NCBI GenBank assembly: GCA_013265495.1
Contig: MU058449.1
Span: 124,001-188,000 of the forward strand
DNA: 64,000 nt
Direction: 5' to 3'
From: Vicugna vicugna
Lineage: Eukaryota
Shown one piece after another: positions 25,006 through 36,535 of this stretch. A program made the position numbers and the translations under genes. Position 1 is the first letter of the stretch; each line of letters opens with the position of its first letter. The notes below the pieces were generated by a model. The model saw only the letters and a program-made list of their open reading frames with translations. It made no database searches and had not been told where the DNA came from.

Positions 25006-26784
25006 ATTGGTTTTTATTGTGTCTAACTGCCACCATGCTTGCTCCAGCCAACAACTATCTTATTCTGTACTTACATCTGTTCTTTTCACAGTAATAATAA
25101 AATAACAGACATTTATTGAAGCCTTGCTTATGGGCTCGACATTGCAGTAAGTATTTTGCATAATTTAAATCACTTAACTTACTTCTCTGAGGTCAGGAAA
25201 GAGTAGACCGAGTGGGGAAAGGGTGGTGACAAAGATGGCCGTCTTCAGTTAAACAGTTAGCTTTGTGAAGTCAAGGGCTGTGACTGTCTGACTCACTGTT
25301 ATATCACTAAGATGTGTTATAATGCATGCAATTGGGGTTTAACAGATGTGTGAATACTCCAACATGGAAAGGTTATCCTCTGGAACAGGGATCTGAGTTA
25401 TACTTTGTGACCAGGACAAAAGGATTTTCATTTGCGTTAGAACTTTGTACATATTCTGTTGTCTAACAAAAAACCAGGGCTCAGTGGAAAAGCCAGGTGC
25501 TCCTTCCCATGAAAGAAAGGGCTTCATCTGTAACTGTATGAAATGGGTGTTTCAGAGGGAATTCCTACCCTAAGCAGAAGGTTGTTCTCGATGAATTCCC
25601 AGCCTCACGTAGCTCCGTGAAGACCTGTGCTGTTAAATTGTATTCTCTGCTCCCCTACCATATACACAATGACGGACGCACAGGAGAGAGGGTTCTCCCC
25701 ACACTTCTCAATTGAAGGAATCGAATTATCAAGTCGATGTGTTGAGGCAGATGGGGCAGTGGAAGAAGAAAGAGTTCTGAGTGAAGTGGAAACCACAATG
25801 CTCCCTCCCTATTCAGGGCTCCCACAGATGGGAATTCAGTGCTTTGCGAAGCCTGGCTTAAAACCAGGAGCCCCACAGATGAGGTAGAGGAGAGAGACGT
25901 GCTGCCTACACAGAGCAGGCTTCCTTCACGGGATGGGAGCTCCCTGCTCCAAACCTCCGAGACCCTCTTTTCAGCCTGTCCTGTCAGAATGTCCTCACCT
26001 CCATCCACAAACTGTTTTTCCCAGTCTGTGCCCCTCTTGGTTGTAGGAGTTCCCCCTGAGGAGATCCTCCCACTATCTAGAAGTGGTCCTCAGCTTCCTA
26101 CTCTCAGCTTCCTGAGTCCAGGGGCTCAGGGTTCCTTCCTTACCCTCTGCCATTGACCATGATCCTCCCTCCTCTCCATGAACCCTGCTGAGATCATCCA
26201 TTTGATGATGATGCTTCCTTCAAGAAAAGACTCCTCTTATTAATGGCTTATCCTCAAATCCCATTCTAAATATCTGAAATCCTTCTAAGTAAGAGAGAAT
26301 GAGGGGGAGTAAAGGGTAATGAGGAGATGGAGAGTGAGTAGGAGAGCTGTGGGGGAAGATGGACAGGATGAATGGATGATGAAATCTACCTCTCTTTATT
26401 GAGACCTGTTCTATTCTAAGGTCTAATCGGTTAAGCTCCTGCTTCACAGTGCGTCATATTTCCTTCCAACCTCAACCTCATACTAACTCCAGAAAATGGA
26501 TACAATTCTTATTCCCAGTTTTAGATGACAAGACTGAGCTCAGAGGAGTCAAGGCATGTGCCTAAGATCAGCCATGTAAGAGGCAGTCAATGAACGTTAG
26601 CTCTTGGACCCAAGTCAGACTCTGAGTCTACTGCTCATAAGCCCTTTGCTGCACCTCTGAGGAGCATTAGCTGGACAGGCCTGGGGAAGCAGGGGACTGG
26701 CTGTGGATGAAGGAGGTAAGCCTGGAGAAGCCGATGACTGTAACTTTGGGCACAAGAGTTTCTTAGGGCTTGAACTTCCTTGAA

Positions 26785-26990
26785 TTTTGACTCAGCAAAC
26801 CCAAGGTCCCCTTAGTGACTTTGGGAGCTGGGGGGAAAGATGTGTTTATCAGAGGTCACAGAGAGGGCAGGGCCAAGGCTAGCTGCCAGATATCAGAGCC
26901 CAGAAGGGCTACAGGTCTGTGGGCTCTGATAGGTGGTGGTCAGGTTGGCGGCTCTGGGTGGAGCCATGCGTCTCAGGGCAGATAGGCTGT
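26785..26990. promoter_or_regulatory. LCR 5'HS3 core
   Basis: MARE TGACTCAGCA at 26788-26797, then E-box-like/GATA sites (GATGTGTTTATCA, AGATATCA, TGATAG, AGATAG) and GGGTGG at 26956. Confidence 0.88.
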
Positions 26991-29126
26991 GCGTACAGAG
27001 GTGAGCATGGGGAAGAGGAGGAAGACACAGCCTAGCAGCAGTTTACATTCTTCTACCACGTGAGACTCACCTTCCCTTCAACCAGGGGCTAATGCCTTGA
27101 TTCCTCTGAGCTTAGTCTTGGCGTCTATAAAATACAGATAATAACTACATCTATCTTATGGAGTTACTGAGGATGAAAAGAGATACACACGGTCTGGACC
27201 AGTGATAGCAATTCAGGCCAGAGCTATGGGCTCCTTCAGGACCCGATGTCTCAAAGCAGCAGGGAAAGTCTAGAAAATAACACCAACCACTCTTAAAAAG
27301 GTAGAGACTGTCTCAAAGCCTGATTTATAACTTAACAATGGCCTGACGCATTGCACAACAGGAGCCTTCCCCTCCCTCAGTAGGGCCATCTTCCCAGGTG
27401 CTGTGGTCACAGCCTAGAGCTTAGCTTTAGGGCTGAAACACCTGAAGCCACAGGCAGGATGAAGGTGGCTGACAGCAACTTTGCACTTTCAGAAAATCTC
27501 ACTTCACACAGAGTATGATTCTGAAGCATAAGAGGTCCACTAAGAATCTGACTGGAAGTTGAACAGGATGATTACAGAACAAGAGACCATAGGAGAGATA
27601 CTTGGAGAAATAGAGGAGATGTAGTCTAGGGGAAAATTAAAAGGGGATGGGAATTAATACTTACTGAAATCTTTCTATATATCAAGTACCATTGTAGGGT
27701 ATTTAAATAATCTAATTTAATATGGTAATTCTGTGAAGTATATGTCATGAAACATACTGTAATTCATGCTAATGGTAAGTGATCTTTCTAGAGTATTTAG
27801 TATACACTAAGATACAACTTAAGCTCATTATATGAATTAATTTGTCCTCATACCAATATTCAGACGTCCATTCATATCTCTTAACTGATGAGGAAACCAA
27901 GGCATAGAAAATGTAAGAAAATTTCTTGAAGGCACATACACAAAAAGTAGCCAGTTTTTCATCTGAAACCAGATCAGGTTGTCTGGGCTCCCCTACTGTC
28001 TAGGTTATGCTGTCTCTTCTCAAGTGTGGGGGCTTGAATGTCAAAGGGGTGGAATAATCTGCACAAGGGCACAGAGCTAGTAAGTAGTGAAGTTAGAATG
28101 TGGGCCCGGTTTTGTTACTAAAAAGACGGTGCTCTTTCTACAGCAAAACACCAACACAGACATCCACTGCGGGCCCAAGAAATAGAAGCGGGTTAACCTG
28201 CCCCTACTCCCCACTTTCATGCCTTGGAGATTGCAGATCAGGGTTCAAGCCACAGCTGCAGACTATACCTCCTCAATATGGTTGCAGCTCCTTAGAAACA
28301 TGTGAAAGAGAAAGAAGAAAAGAAAAATTTGGAAACAAGTTCAGAATAAAAAAAGGCTCTCTCTAGCTTAGACTACAGAGATTGTTGGATTATAGGTCAT
28401 GTGTGGGTCTCCAAGAACACTGGAGGTCCATACTGGCACAGATGACCTCTTGACCCCTTGACCAACTGCAAGTTTGGTTAAGGAAGAGAATATATTATAT
28501 TTTTCAGGCCTAACCCACTGCCTCTCTCTTTACCCTGCAGTGACTTGGAAATTCACTGTCCCTAAACATATGCATATCTCTATTTAAGTCTGTGTGACAT
28601 CTTAATTAGTGCCAAGCACTGAGAACACGAAACCATGTGGGCAGCAGTGCTGTGGTGATGAGGGAAGAATACAAAAAATAAGAAGTTCTGCAAGGGCCCA
28701 GCACCTCCCTTTGCAGAGTTAGACCATGAAAGTCCTCTCAGACGCTACCAGTGCAGGACCCTGTGTTGTATGTTAACTGCTACAAAATCAGTTTGGGCTT
28801 CACACTGTCTTTCTCACCTGCAAGCTAAGTAGGAACACTGGGCATCAGTACTGTAGGAGTCTTCTGTCTTCTGTGTGGGGCTAAGCTCTCCTACTTCCTT
28901 GCTCTCAAAAATCAGCCATGAATGTTCTTCCTTCTAAACCAGAAGGTAAGGTCTGACACTGGCTGGGAAGACATTGACTAGCCAAGGAACATGAGGAAGA
29001 AGGACTCTATGAGAGGGCAAGACTAAAGGGAATGGGTGAATGGAAGTGTCAGAGAGAGAGAATGTAGACCAGAAGTTGAAACATGATCATTTCTTGCCTA
29101 AATATCTCCCATAAAGTTGTTTTGAA

Positions 29127-29270
29127 GGGGAGGGTAGTGCTCAGTGGTAGAGTGCACGCTTAGCACTCTACCACTGGGTTCAATCCCCAGTACCTCCATT
29201 AATAAACAAACAAACAAACAAACATACCTAACTACCCTCCCCCCAAATAAACAAACAAACAAGCAAACAC
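29127..29270 (+). mobile_element. Camelid tRNA-derived SINE with an internal hairpin rearrangement
   Basis: GCTCAGTGGTAGAG...GGTTCAATCCCCAGTACCTCCATT and (CAAA)n tail. Confidence 0.85.
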
Positions 29271-29339
29271 AAATTGTTTTGGGAGGTCTAAACAATAATT
29301 GGGAAAAAAAAAACTCATGGATCTGCTGCCAACATTTAA

Positions 29340-29497
29340 CTGTATTTTTTTCCCCGAGGGGAGGTAATTAGGTTTGTTTGTTTGTTTGTTTGTTTGTTTG
29401 TTTACTTATTTATTTAAAGTGGTGGTCCTGAGGATTCAATCCAGGACCTGATTCATGCTAAGTATGCACTCTACCACTGAGTTATACCCTCTCCCCT
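29340..29497 (-). mobile_element. Camelid tRNA-derived SINE with 16-bp TSD
   Basis: TSD TGCTGCCAACATTTAA at 29324-29339 and 29498-29513. Confidence 0.9.
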
Positions 29498-29519
29498 TGC
29501 TGCCAACATTTAAATTGAG

Positions 29520-29925
29520 AAATGCCAGGCACAGAAAGGAACAAAACGCGTGCTCTCATTCGTAAACAGAATCTAAAAAAGTTGAATATGTAGAAGCAGA
29601 GTAGAAAACTGGTTCATAGGGTGAGGCGGTATGAGAAATAAGCAGATCTTGGCCAAGGGTACAGATCTGCAGTTACGTATGATGTGTAAATCCAGAGATC
29701 TAATGCACAGCCAGATGACTATTCTTAGTAGTATAGTACCAAATACTGGAAATTTGCTAAGAGAGTAGATTTCAGACACTCTCGTCACATACACAAAAAA
29801 TGGTAACTGTGAGGAAAAGATAGTTAATTAACTTGACTGTAGTAATTATTTTACTGTGTACATGTAGATCAAATCATGTACACCTTACATATATACATTT
29901 CTATGTAAAAAGAAAAGAAAAAAAT
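29520..29925 (+). mobile_element. L1 (L1MA-like) 3' fragment
   Basis: CCAGGCACAGAAAG.ACAAA...GAATCTAAAAAAGTTGAA...AAATTTGCTAAGAGAGTAGATTT...TGTACACCTTA. Confidence 0.8.
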
Positions 29926-30959
29926 ACTCAAAGTATCTGCACTTCTAATCATCATTTGGAAGTCAGATGTAACCCTGATAGTTATATGTGAATACTTACT
30001 ATAATATTGTTAACAACAGATAATACTTAGTGAGCATATACTGTGTCCCTATCTCTTGACACAATAAACTGAATTAATTTTCATTATTTATCCTATGAGT
30101 TAAATAATGTTATCATCATATATTTCAGAGACATGGAGACATTAAGAAACTTGCACAAGGCTACATGAGAAGTAAGTGGTGTTAGAATTACTGAAACCCT
30201 CTCAGTCCCTCATGGCAACATTGGGGTAAAGCACTGGCGGCCATATTTGATCAGGAGTGGGCTTGTATTCTTTGCAACCCCTGCCTGACACCCTATTCTT
30301 TTATGCGATTTGCCTGACCCCAGTAGGCTTAGGAAACCTCCAGAGTAGAAAAGAGGAGGAAGGGAAAGCTTATTGTGGTGAGTGATGAAATCTCTTTCTC
30401 TGACCATATGCACCAGTGGGGCTGCTCCTCTCTAAGACTAAATCACTCTATTTCACTGTATTTTAGCTAGTTCTATACACCTTGCCTGAAGGGAGGTGGA
30501 GAACAGGTACTCTCCATTATGAAAAATCCATTCCGCTTCTCCTCAGCTTGAATTTTTTAAAATTCTGCAAGATCTTTTGTACATTATTTACTCCCTGTAA
30601 ATAACCCAGACTTAGAGAGTCATAATTTTCCCTTCCCATATATATCTCTATTAAGTATGGAAAATATTACAATATTGCATGGTAATCAACTATTCTTTTT
30701 GATTGGGACTCCTGGAAGGCAAGGTACATATCATATTCTTATTTATCCTTCAAGTACTGAAATTAGAATCTAGCATATAGCAGCTGCTCACATTTACTGG
30801 ATGGCTGTCCTGTCTACGGGCCCAGGGCCCTGTATCTCCTCCAGCCATTTCATCTGATTAAACAAGCTGCAATTTTTCCCTAATTCATATTTCATTTTCA
30901 TCTAAGCCTCCATCACTGCCTTCCCATAGTCTAAGCACAGACATTCCTGTCAGGGCCCC

Positions 30960-31150
30960 AGCCTGAGTCAATGCCCTGCCTCCTATCTTCTTGGTCTGCA
31001 TAGCCTTGTAGGCCAGCATCTGGCCCCAACACAGCCATGCTGAGTCATGCTGAGTCATGTTGAGGCTCAGGGTGTGTGGCCAGATGTTCTCAGACTTGAG
31101 TGATGACTGCTATCTGGGTCCCCAGCAGGAGGCTTAGAGGATAGATGACA
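30960..31150. promoter_or_regulatory. LCR 5'HS2 core enhancer
   Basis: Tandem MARE TGCTGAGTCATGCTGAGTCA (31038-31057), AGGGTGTG (KLF), E-box CAGATG at 31081, GATA CTATCT at 31110. Confidence 0.95.
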
Positions 31151-34100
31151 AGAAAAGGAGAAGTTGACCCCTGACCATAACTCCATCCCAACCAACAACA
31201 TGAAAAGAAAGGAATCTCTGAAGCAGAATGTGACATGTCCCAGAACATATTCCCTTCTGATTTAAAAAGGTATTTTTGGCCATCCTATTGATGCTATAAA
31301 ATGATCTGTCATTGTTCATCAAATATTTATCTTTCAGATAGTGTCTCAAACCTAGAAGCAGAAAAAAAATTGTCAGTACATGTGTATGGATTTTTAATTC
31401 ATAAAATATATAATCATTACTTAAATGTGATCAGAGTAATTTGAAGAATAGGACCTTTGCTAGTTAGGTCCCTCACCCTGTCTCACGTACTATGTAACTC
31501 AAGGCCCAACCTTAGTTTCCTCCTGTATATAAATATGTGCCAAGCCTGGATGTCTAAATAATTTTTCCAGCTCTCACCTTTCATACTGCATACTTACTTG
31601 CCATGTCCTGTAGATATGGACTGAGATATGAGTATGAAGGAGGGAGGCACGAAACAGAGGAAAAGGAAAATATCGTTGACCCTTTTAGGGTGCCCCCAGA
31701 CATCTCGATGACAAAGGGTCTGTGCTTTTAGAGGGACCATGCTCACATGCTGGTCAGATCTGCACAGGAATGCCACTCAGGAGCCTCAGTTTAAGGAAAT
31801 ATCTCAGGCCAGTCCTGGTACTCCACTCTTACTGGGAAAATGTCGACAACTCCAAGTCTGATAGGGAAGAAACATTCCTTGAGGAAAGCTAATAGGGTTC
31901 ACATGTGTCAGTAACTGTCAAGGACCACTAAGGGATGAAAACCATGAGACGGCGCCTGGAGAGAGAAAAACCAGGGATTAAGGGATCCAGGAAGATCTCC
32001 AGAAGAATGATGTTGAAGTAGGCTTCTACAGAAGTTCATGGGGGAGACCAAAAAAAAAAATATATATATATATATATTCTTTTTTAAATCAAAAAGGTGA
32101 AACGACTTGAGAAAAAAATTTAAAAAGAAGGGCAGATAGATTAGTGCAACTGAACCATGGGGAATTTTCAAATGAACATTTGATTTATTTAATGCACTGA
32201 GCTTTGTGAGGTTAGAGGCCCCAGGATACCGAGGGCCCATTACAGGCCCTAGAATATACTTGGCATAGTTGTTGGTATTTGTTGGTGAATTTGGTATCTG
32301 TGGTCAGTCTCCTGGGCTTTGATAGAAGCACAGAGAGAAGATTTAGTGATATTATGTTAAAACGTCCTTCTTGATTCAAGTGTACGTCCATAATTGGAAT
32401 AGAGACAGGGAACATGATGCATATCTAATGAAAGTGTAGACATTAAGGAAGGAAATCTACCCGAAGAGTGTTAATAGAGATGACAGAACACAGAGAGTGA
32501 GTGAAGTGTGTAGTAACCGTGAGAGAGGCCGGAAGAGGAGAATTTTAAATCACAAATTCATGGGAAAAAAAAAGTAATGGAGAAAAAAAATCCAGGCATG
32601 GGATTAGATGAGACTAGTATAGTTTGGGTTGGGAGAGGTGTTTAAAACGATGGTATTAGACCAAACATGAAAGTTGTGCCTAAGTAACCAGACAATTATT
32701 CATTTCCTTCATAGTACAAGTAAGTGTATGTAGCTTGATAGCTGAGAGCAAAGTGTTTATAGGTCAGGTGCTCTTGGTTTGTGTTTTCCTTGGGAAAAGT
32801 AAAGAATCATTTTGAGTCTTTTATTATACATAAAATGTGAGTAGTCATTTCACTTATATCTTCTATTTGTTGTGATGACTATTGTATATTACATACCGAC
32901 TACTTAAAAGTGCCTGGAACGTATCACATACGCAAGAAGTAACTACTATTTTTATTGCTACCCTCACTGGTGTGTGCCAGGTAATATGGTAGGTGCAAGA
33001 GATACAGAGAGAAATAGCAGGGATGTCGTGTGTCCCCCTACGATAATCAAGTGAACAGAACTGGTAGAAGAGAGACTACAGATGGGTTCAGGATCCCATC
33101 TGAGAAGACATTTCATTCCACGCCAAGGTATGTCAATATTAGCCTTCTAGGCCAATAGGAAGGTGATAAGGATTAGAGATTCGACACTAAATTAAAAGGT
33201 TGCATCTGTAGAAAAGAAAGATACTTTCTTGTCCAGAGAGGTGGACGAGAGTCATTCATACATTTATTTAGAAAGCAAGTCCAGAATACTGCCCTATAAC
33301 AGGCTCTGTGTTAGACTCAAATGTTATCAGTGTGAATAAAACATGGCCATGGAACTTAAACAAATGCATTTATTTTGGTGTGGGGGGTTAATTATTCAGG
33401 TTCATAAATTATTTTTACTGCAATATAATAACTGTTGTGATGAAGAAATGGACATGGAAGCAAGTCATTCTGCCAGCATTTATTCACCAAAGGGATAAAT
33501 AAATGAGTGATGATATGGGACAACAGGAAGTTGAAGTAAAGAGATGAAATTAGTAGGAGACTGAAATAGCAGGTGTCAGAAATGATGGGGTTCTGAATCA
33601 GAACTAGGAGAAGGAAAGGCGCCCTGTTTCATCGAGGCCCAAGGTAGTCTGCTAAGGTCTAGTGGAAAATTGGATGAAAACACAGGCACTTGGGGAACCA
33701 GCTAGAATTCAGTCTTGGACAGAAAGTTCAGAACTCATAGAAACTCAAGATTCAGAAATAAGCAAGTCCTGAGGACTAATTCTGAGCTAGAAAAAGCTAG
33801 TTTTTCTTGTAGAAATTATTGAACCCGTGTGGAGTTAAGGCTCTAAAATTTAAAAAGAAATTACTTAACCTGTACATAATTCAGATGCTAAAATGTATCC
33901 ATCTTCAAATATATTAGCTTCAGATTTCCTAAGGAACTGGCAGAGCTTTGGGATTTGTTTTGTCTGTTTACTTGTTGATCCCAAAGAAACCATTTAAGGG
34001 TATCCCCATGCCCTTGAACAGTGGTTCAGAGCAGATGACGAACAAATGTTTGTTAAATACAATTAGGGATGGACTCTGAGGGCCACAATCTAAAAGGTAA

Positions 34101-35494
34101 GCCATGGCCAATAGTGACAGATGCTACATCACAGCCTAAGGAAATGCATTCTTTCAGCAAAAGATAAAGATAGAAGTTTCCTAACAGTTCAGCCCTCCAG
34201 CTTTTCAGTGCCCACAGTTTTGTTTTTTATTTGCTTCTCTCTTGTATGCCATAGATCAATGCCTATACCTGAACTATTTGGTCAAGTTTCTGTTCACTAC
34301 TGATCCTTCCACTGTCTTGACCATCTTATCTTTCTCCGTGCAGCCCCAGAAAAAAAATTGGGTCTTTAATCAAGGGCTCAGATCAAAATTTTATATGATA
34401 TTCTAAGAGATCTTATTACAGATCTCCAGAATGGTCCAAGGAAAGAGATTCCTGCAGAGGTGAAATAGGACACACACAGAACTGTAGCAAGCTGGAAAAC
34501 AAAGAGATCACACAATGCTTAGGGATCTGACAAAAGGAAGATTCCAAAGAGGGAGGGTTGGAGACATGCTTAGTTGCCCTTGATTCTTCCTTGTTTCAGG
34601 AAATGTGTTTTGACATTCTGCACCTGGTCCATTGTCTGAGCAATCTGCCCGATATTCAAAAATAGCACTTCTGTTTAGCCTCTGAAATTCACTTTTCCTT
34701 CTCAAGGCCATGTCTTCAACCCCAGGACTCTGAACTGGCTCACACTTTATCATTTCTTCACTGAACAGAGGGACTGTCTCTTGACCATTATCTCTGCCTA
34801 CGTTGTCTGTTCCTGCCAACACCTACCAGCATTGCCTTTCTCAAACACAGAGTTGATCCTGCCATATCCCTTTGGGATGGGGTTGGGGAGTCAAAATCTT
34901 CCTACTGCCTTCAGGGTAAGTCTAAAGTTCTCAATCTTTTATGTAGATTAGCTTTGTTGAGATGTAATTCACAGACTGATTCATTTAAGCATGCAGTTCT
35001 TTGATTTTAGTATATTCACAGTTGTACAGCCATCACCATGAGGCCAACTAGAGCTATCTAGACCTCAGCAAGTAGGACCTTGGTAAGATTATAGTTCCGA
35101 GATGCAGCCCATTTATTTTGCAGATTGAGACTGACTCTTGAAGGCTCATTCTGGTCAAAATAAAAGGCACAAAAGCCTAAAATAGAAACCGGTGTACTTA
35201 TTTATTAATTTACACTGAGATTTATAACTGGAATGTTTACAAATATAAATATCTTTGTGAACAATAAATTCTTTTCTTATATCAATCAGGTGAATGTAGA
35301 GGAAATAAACTTTCAATTCACATAGCTAGATGCAATTCTGCCGAGTGATTATCCTTTTTTTTGTAACAAATAGCTCCTTTATATTTATTACTCATGTATC
35401 TCATACATATTTATTATCTTCTAAGGCAAATTTATGTGTGCACAGAAAATACATGTTTTTTCATGTTTCAACACTGTATATTAATTAAAAAAAA

Positions 35495-35632
35495 TTTTTA
35501 ACACCTTTACTGTGGTATGGTTCCTATGTAGTAAGCCATACATATTTCAGATATACAGTCTGATGAATTTTGATAGATGAGTACACCAATGAAAGCACTA
35601 CCACAATCAAGATAGCTAACATTTCCACCAAG
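35495..35632 (-). mobile_element. L1M 3'-end fragment
   Basis: GATGAATTTTGA.AGATG..TACAC...CCACAATCAAGATA..AACATTTCCA motif. Confidence 0.65.
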
Positions 35633-36059
35633 AGATCATCTTGTCAGTAGGGTCAGATATGGCTTTTTCATCCATCTTCAGGGAAAGGATAGTTTTGGGC
35701 TGGACACAAACATTATATGAGGTTCAGAACATCTCTAGACTCAAAAAAACTAAGCCAACAAACAACCTTTCTTTTTCTATACTTTCCTTGTTGGCCAAAT
35801 CTCTAATGATAAACAGACTTCTCTTTATACATCAGAACACTCCATAGATTATAGCTAAGAGCTTCTGGCCTAGGAGTCATTCTGTCTCTTTCAGGTGATT
35901 TTCAGTCTCCCTTTTCTATCACTAAATTTATTCTTAATCTTAATTGAACTTGGAGAATGAAATTTGTTCCCCTGGCTCTCTAGGACTTGCATGTAATCTA
36001 GTCACTATAGCCTTCATATTTTGACAATACTCACACATTTGTAAACACACACACATATA

Positions 36060-36330
36060 TTACACAGAACATATTTATCAGGCATTTCTGAGCAGTTAAC
36101 CATGCAAGACCCACAAGCACCAATCCACAATCTTTTTCATTTTTCTATTTGTACAGAATCCAAGGACAGGGTCTTTGAAGGCAGTAGGAGACTCTGGCTC
36201 TCACTGTCTCTAGTTAGTCCTCTCCTTTGCTACTGCTCTGTTTAGTCCCGAGCCCCTATCTATGCCCACAGTTTCTGACCCCACCCAGCTATCAGCAGCC
36301 CAAGTCCCCAGAAGGAGAAAAACACTGGCT
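36060..36330. promoter_or_regulatory. LCR 5'HS1 region
   Basis: GATA sites TTATCA 36075, CTATCT 36256 and CTATCA 36289 with CCCACCC at about 36280. Position between HS2 and epsilon; resembles human HS1 as recalled. Confidence 0.65.
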
Positions 36331-36407
36331 CTGTTGATCTCTGTTAATTTAAAACAAAACAGAATAAAATAAATGTTTCCTAAACCCCAGAAAACAAATG
36401 AATAAAC

Positions 36408-36535
36408 AAAGAGAGGAAGAAGAAGAAGAGAAGAAGAAGAAGAAGAAGAAGAGGAGGGGGGGAGGGGAGGAGGAGGGGGAGGAGGAGGAGGAAAGAAGAA
36501 GAAAAGAAGAGGGGTTAGGAGGAGGAGAAGAAAAA
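36408..36535. repeat. Polypurine (GAA)n/(GGA)n tract
   Basis: Uninterrupted purines from 36408 to 36514, resuming after TT up to 36535. Confidence 0.95.
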
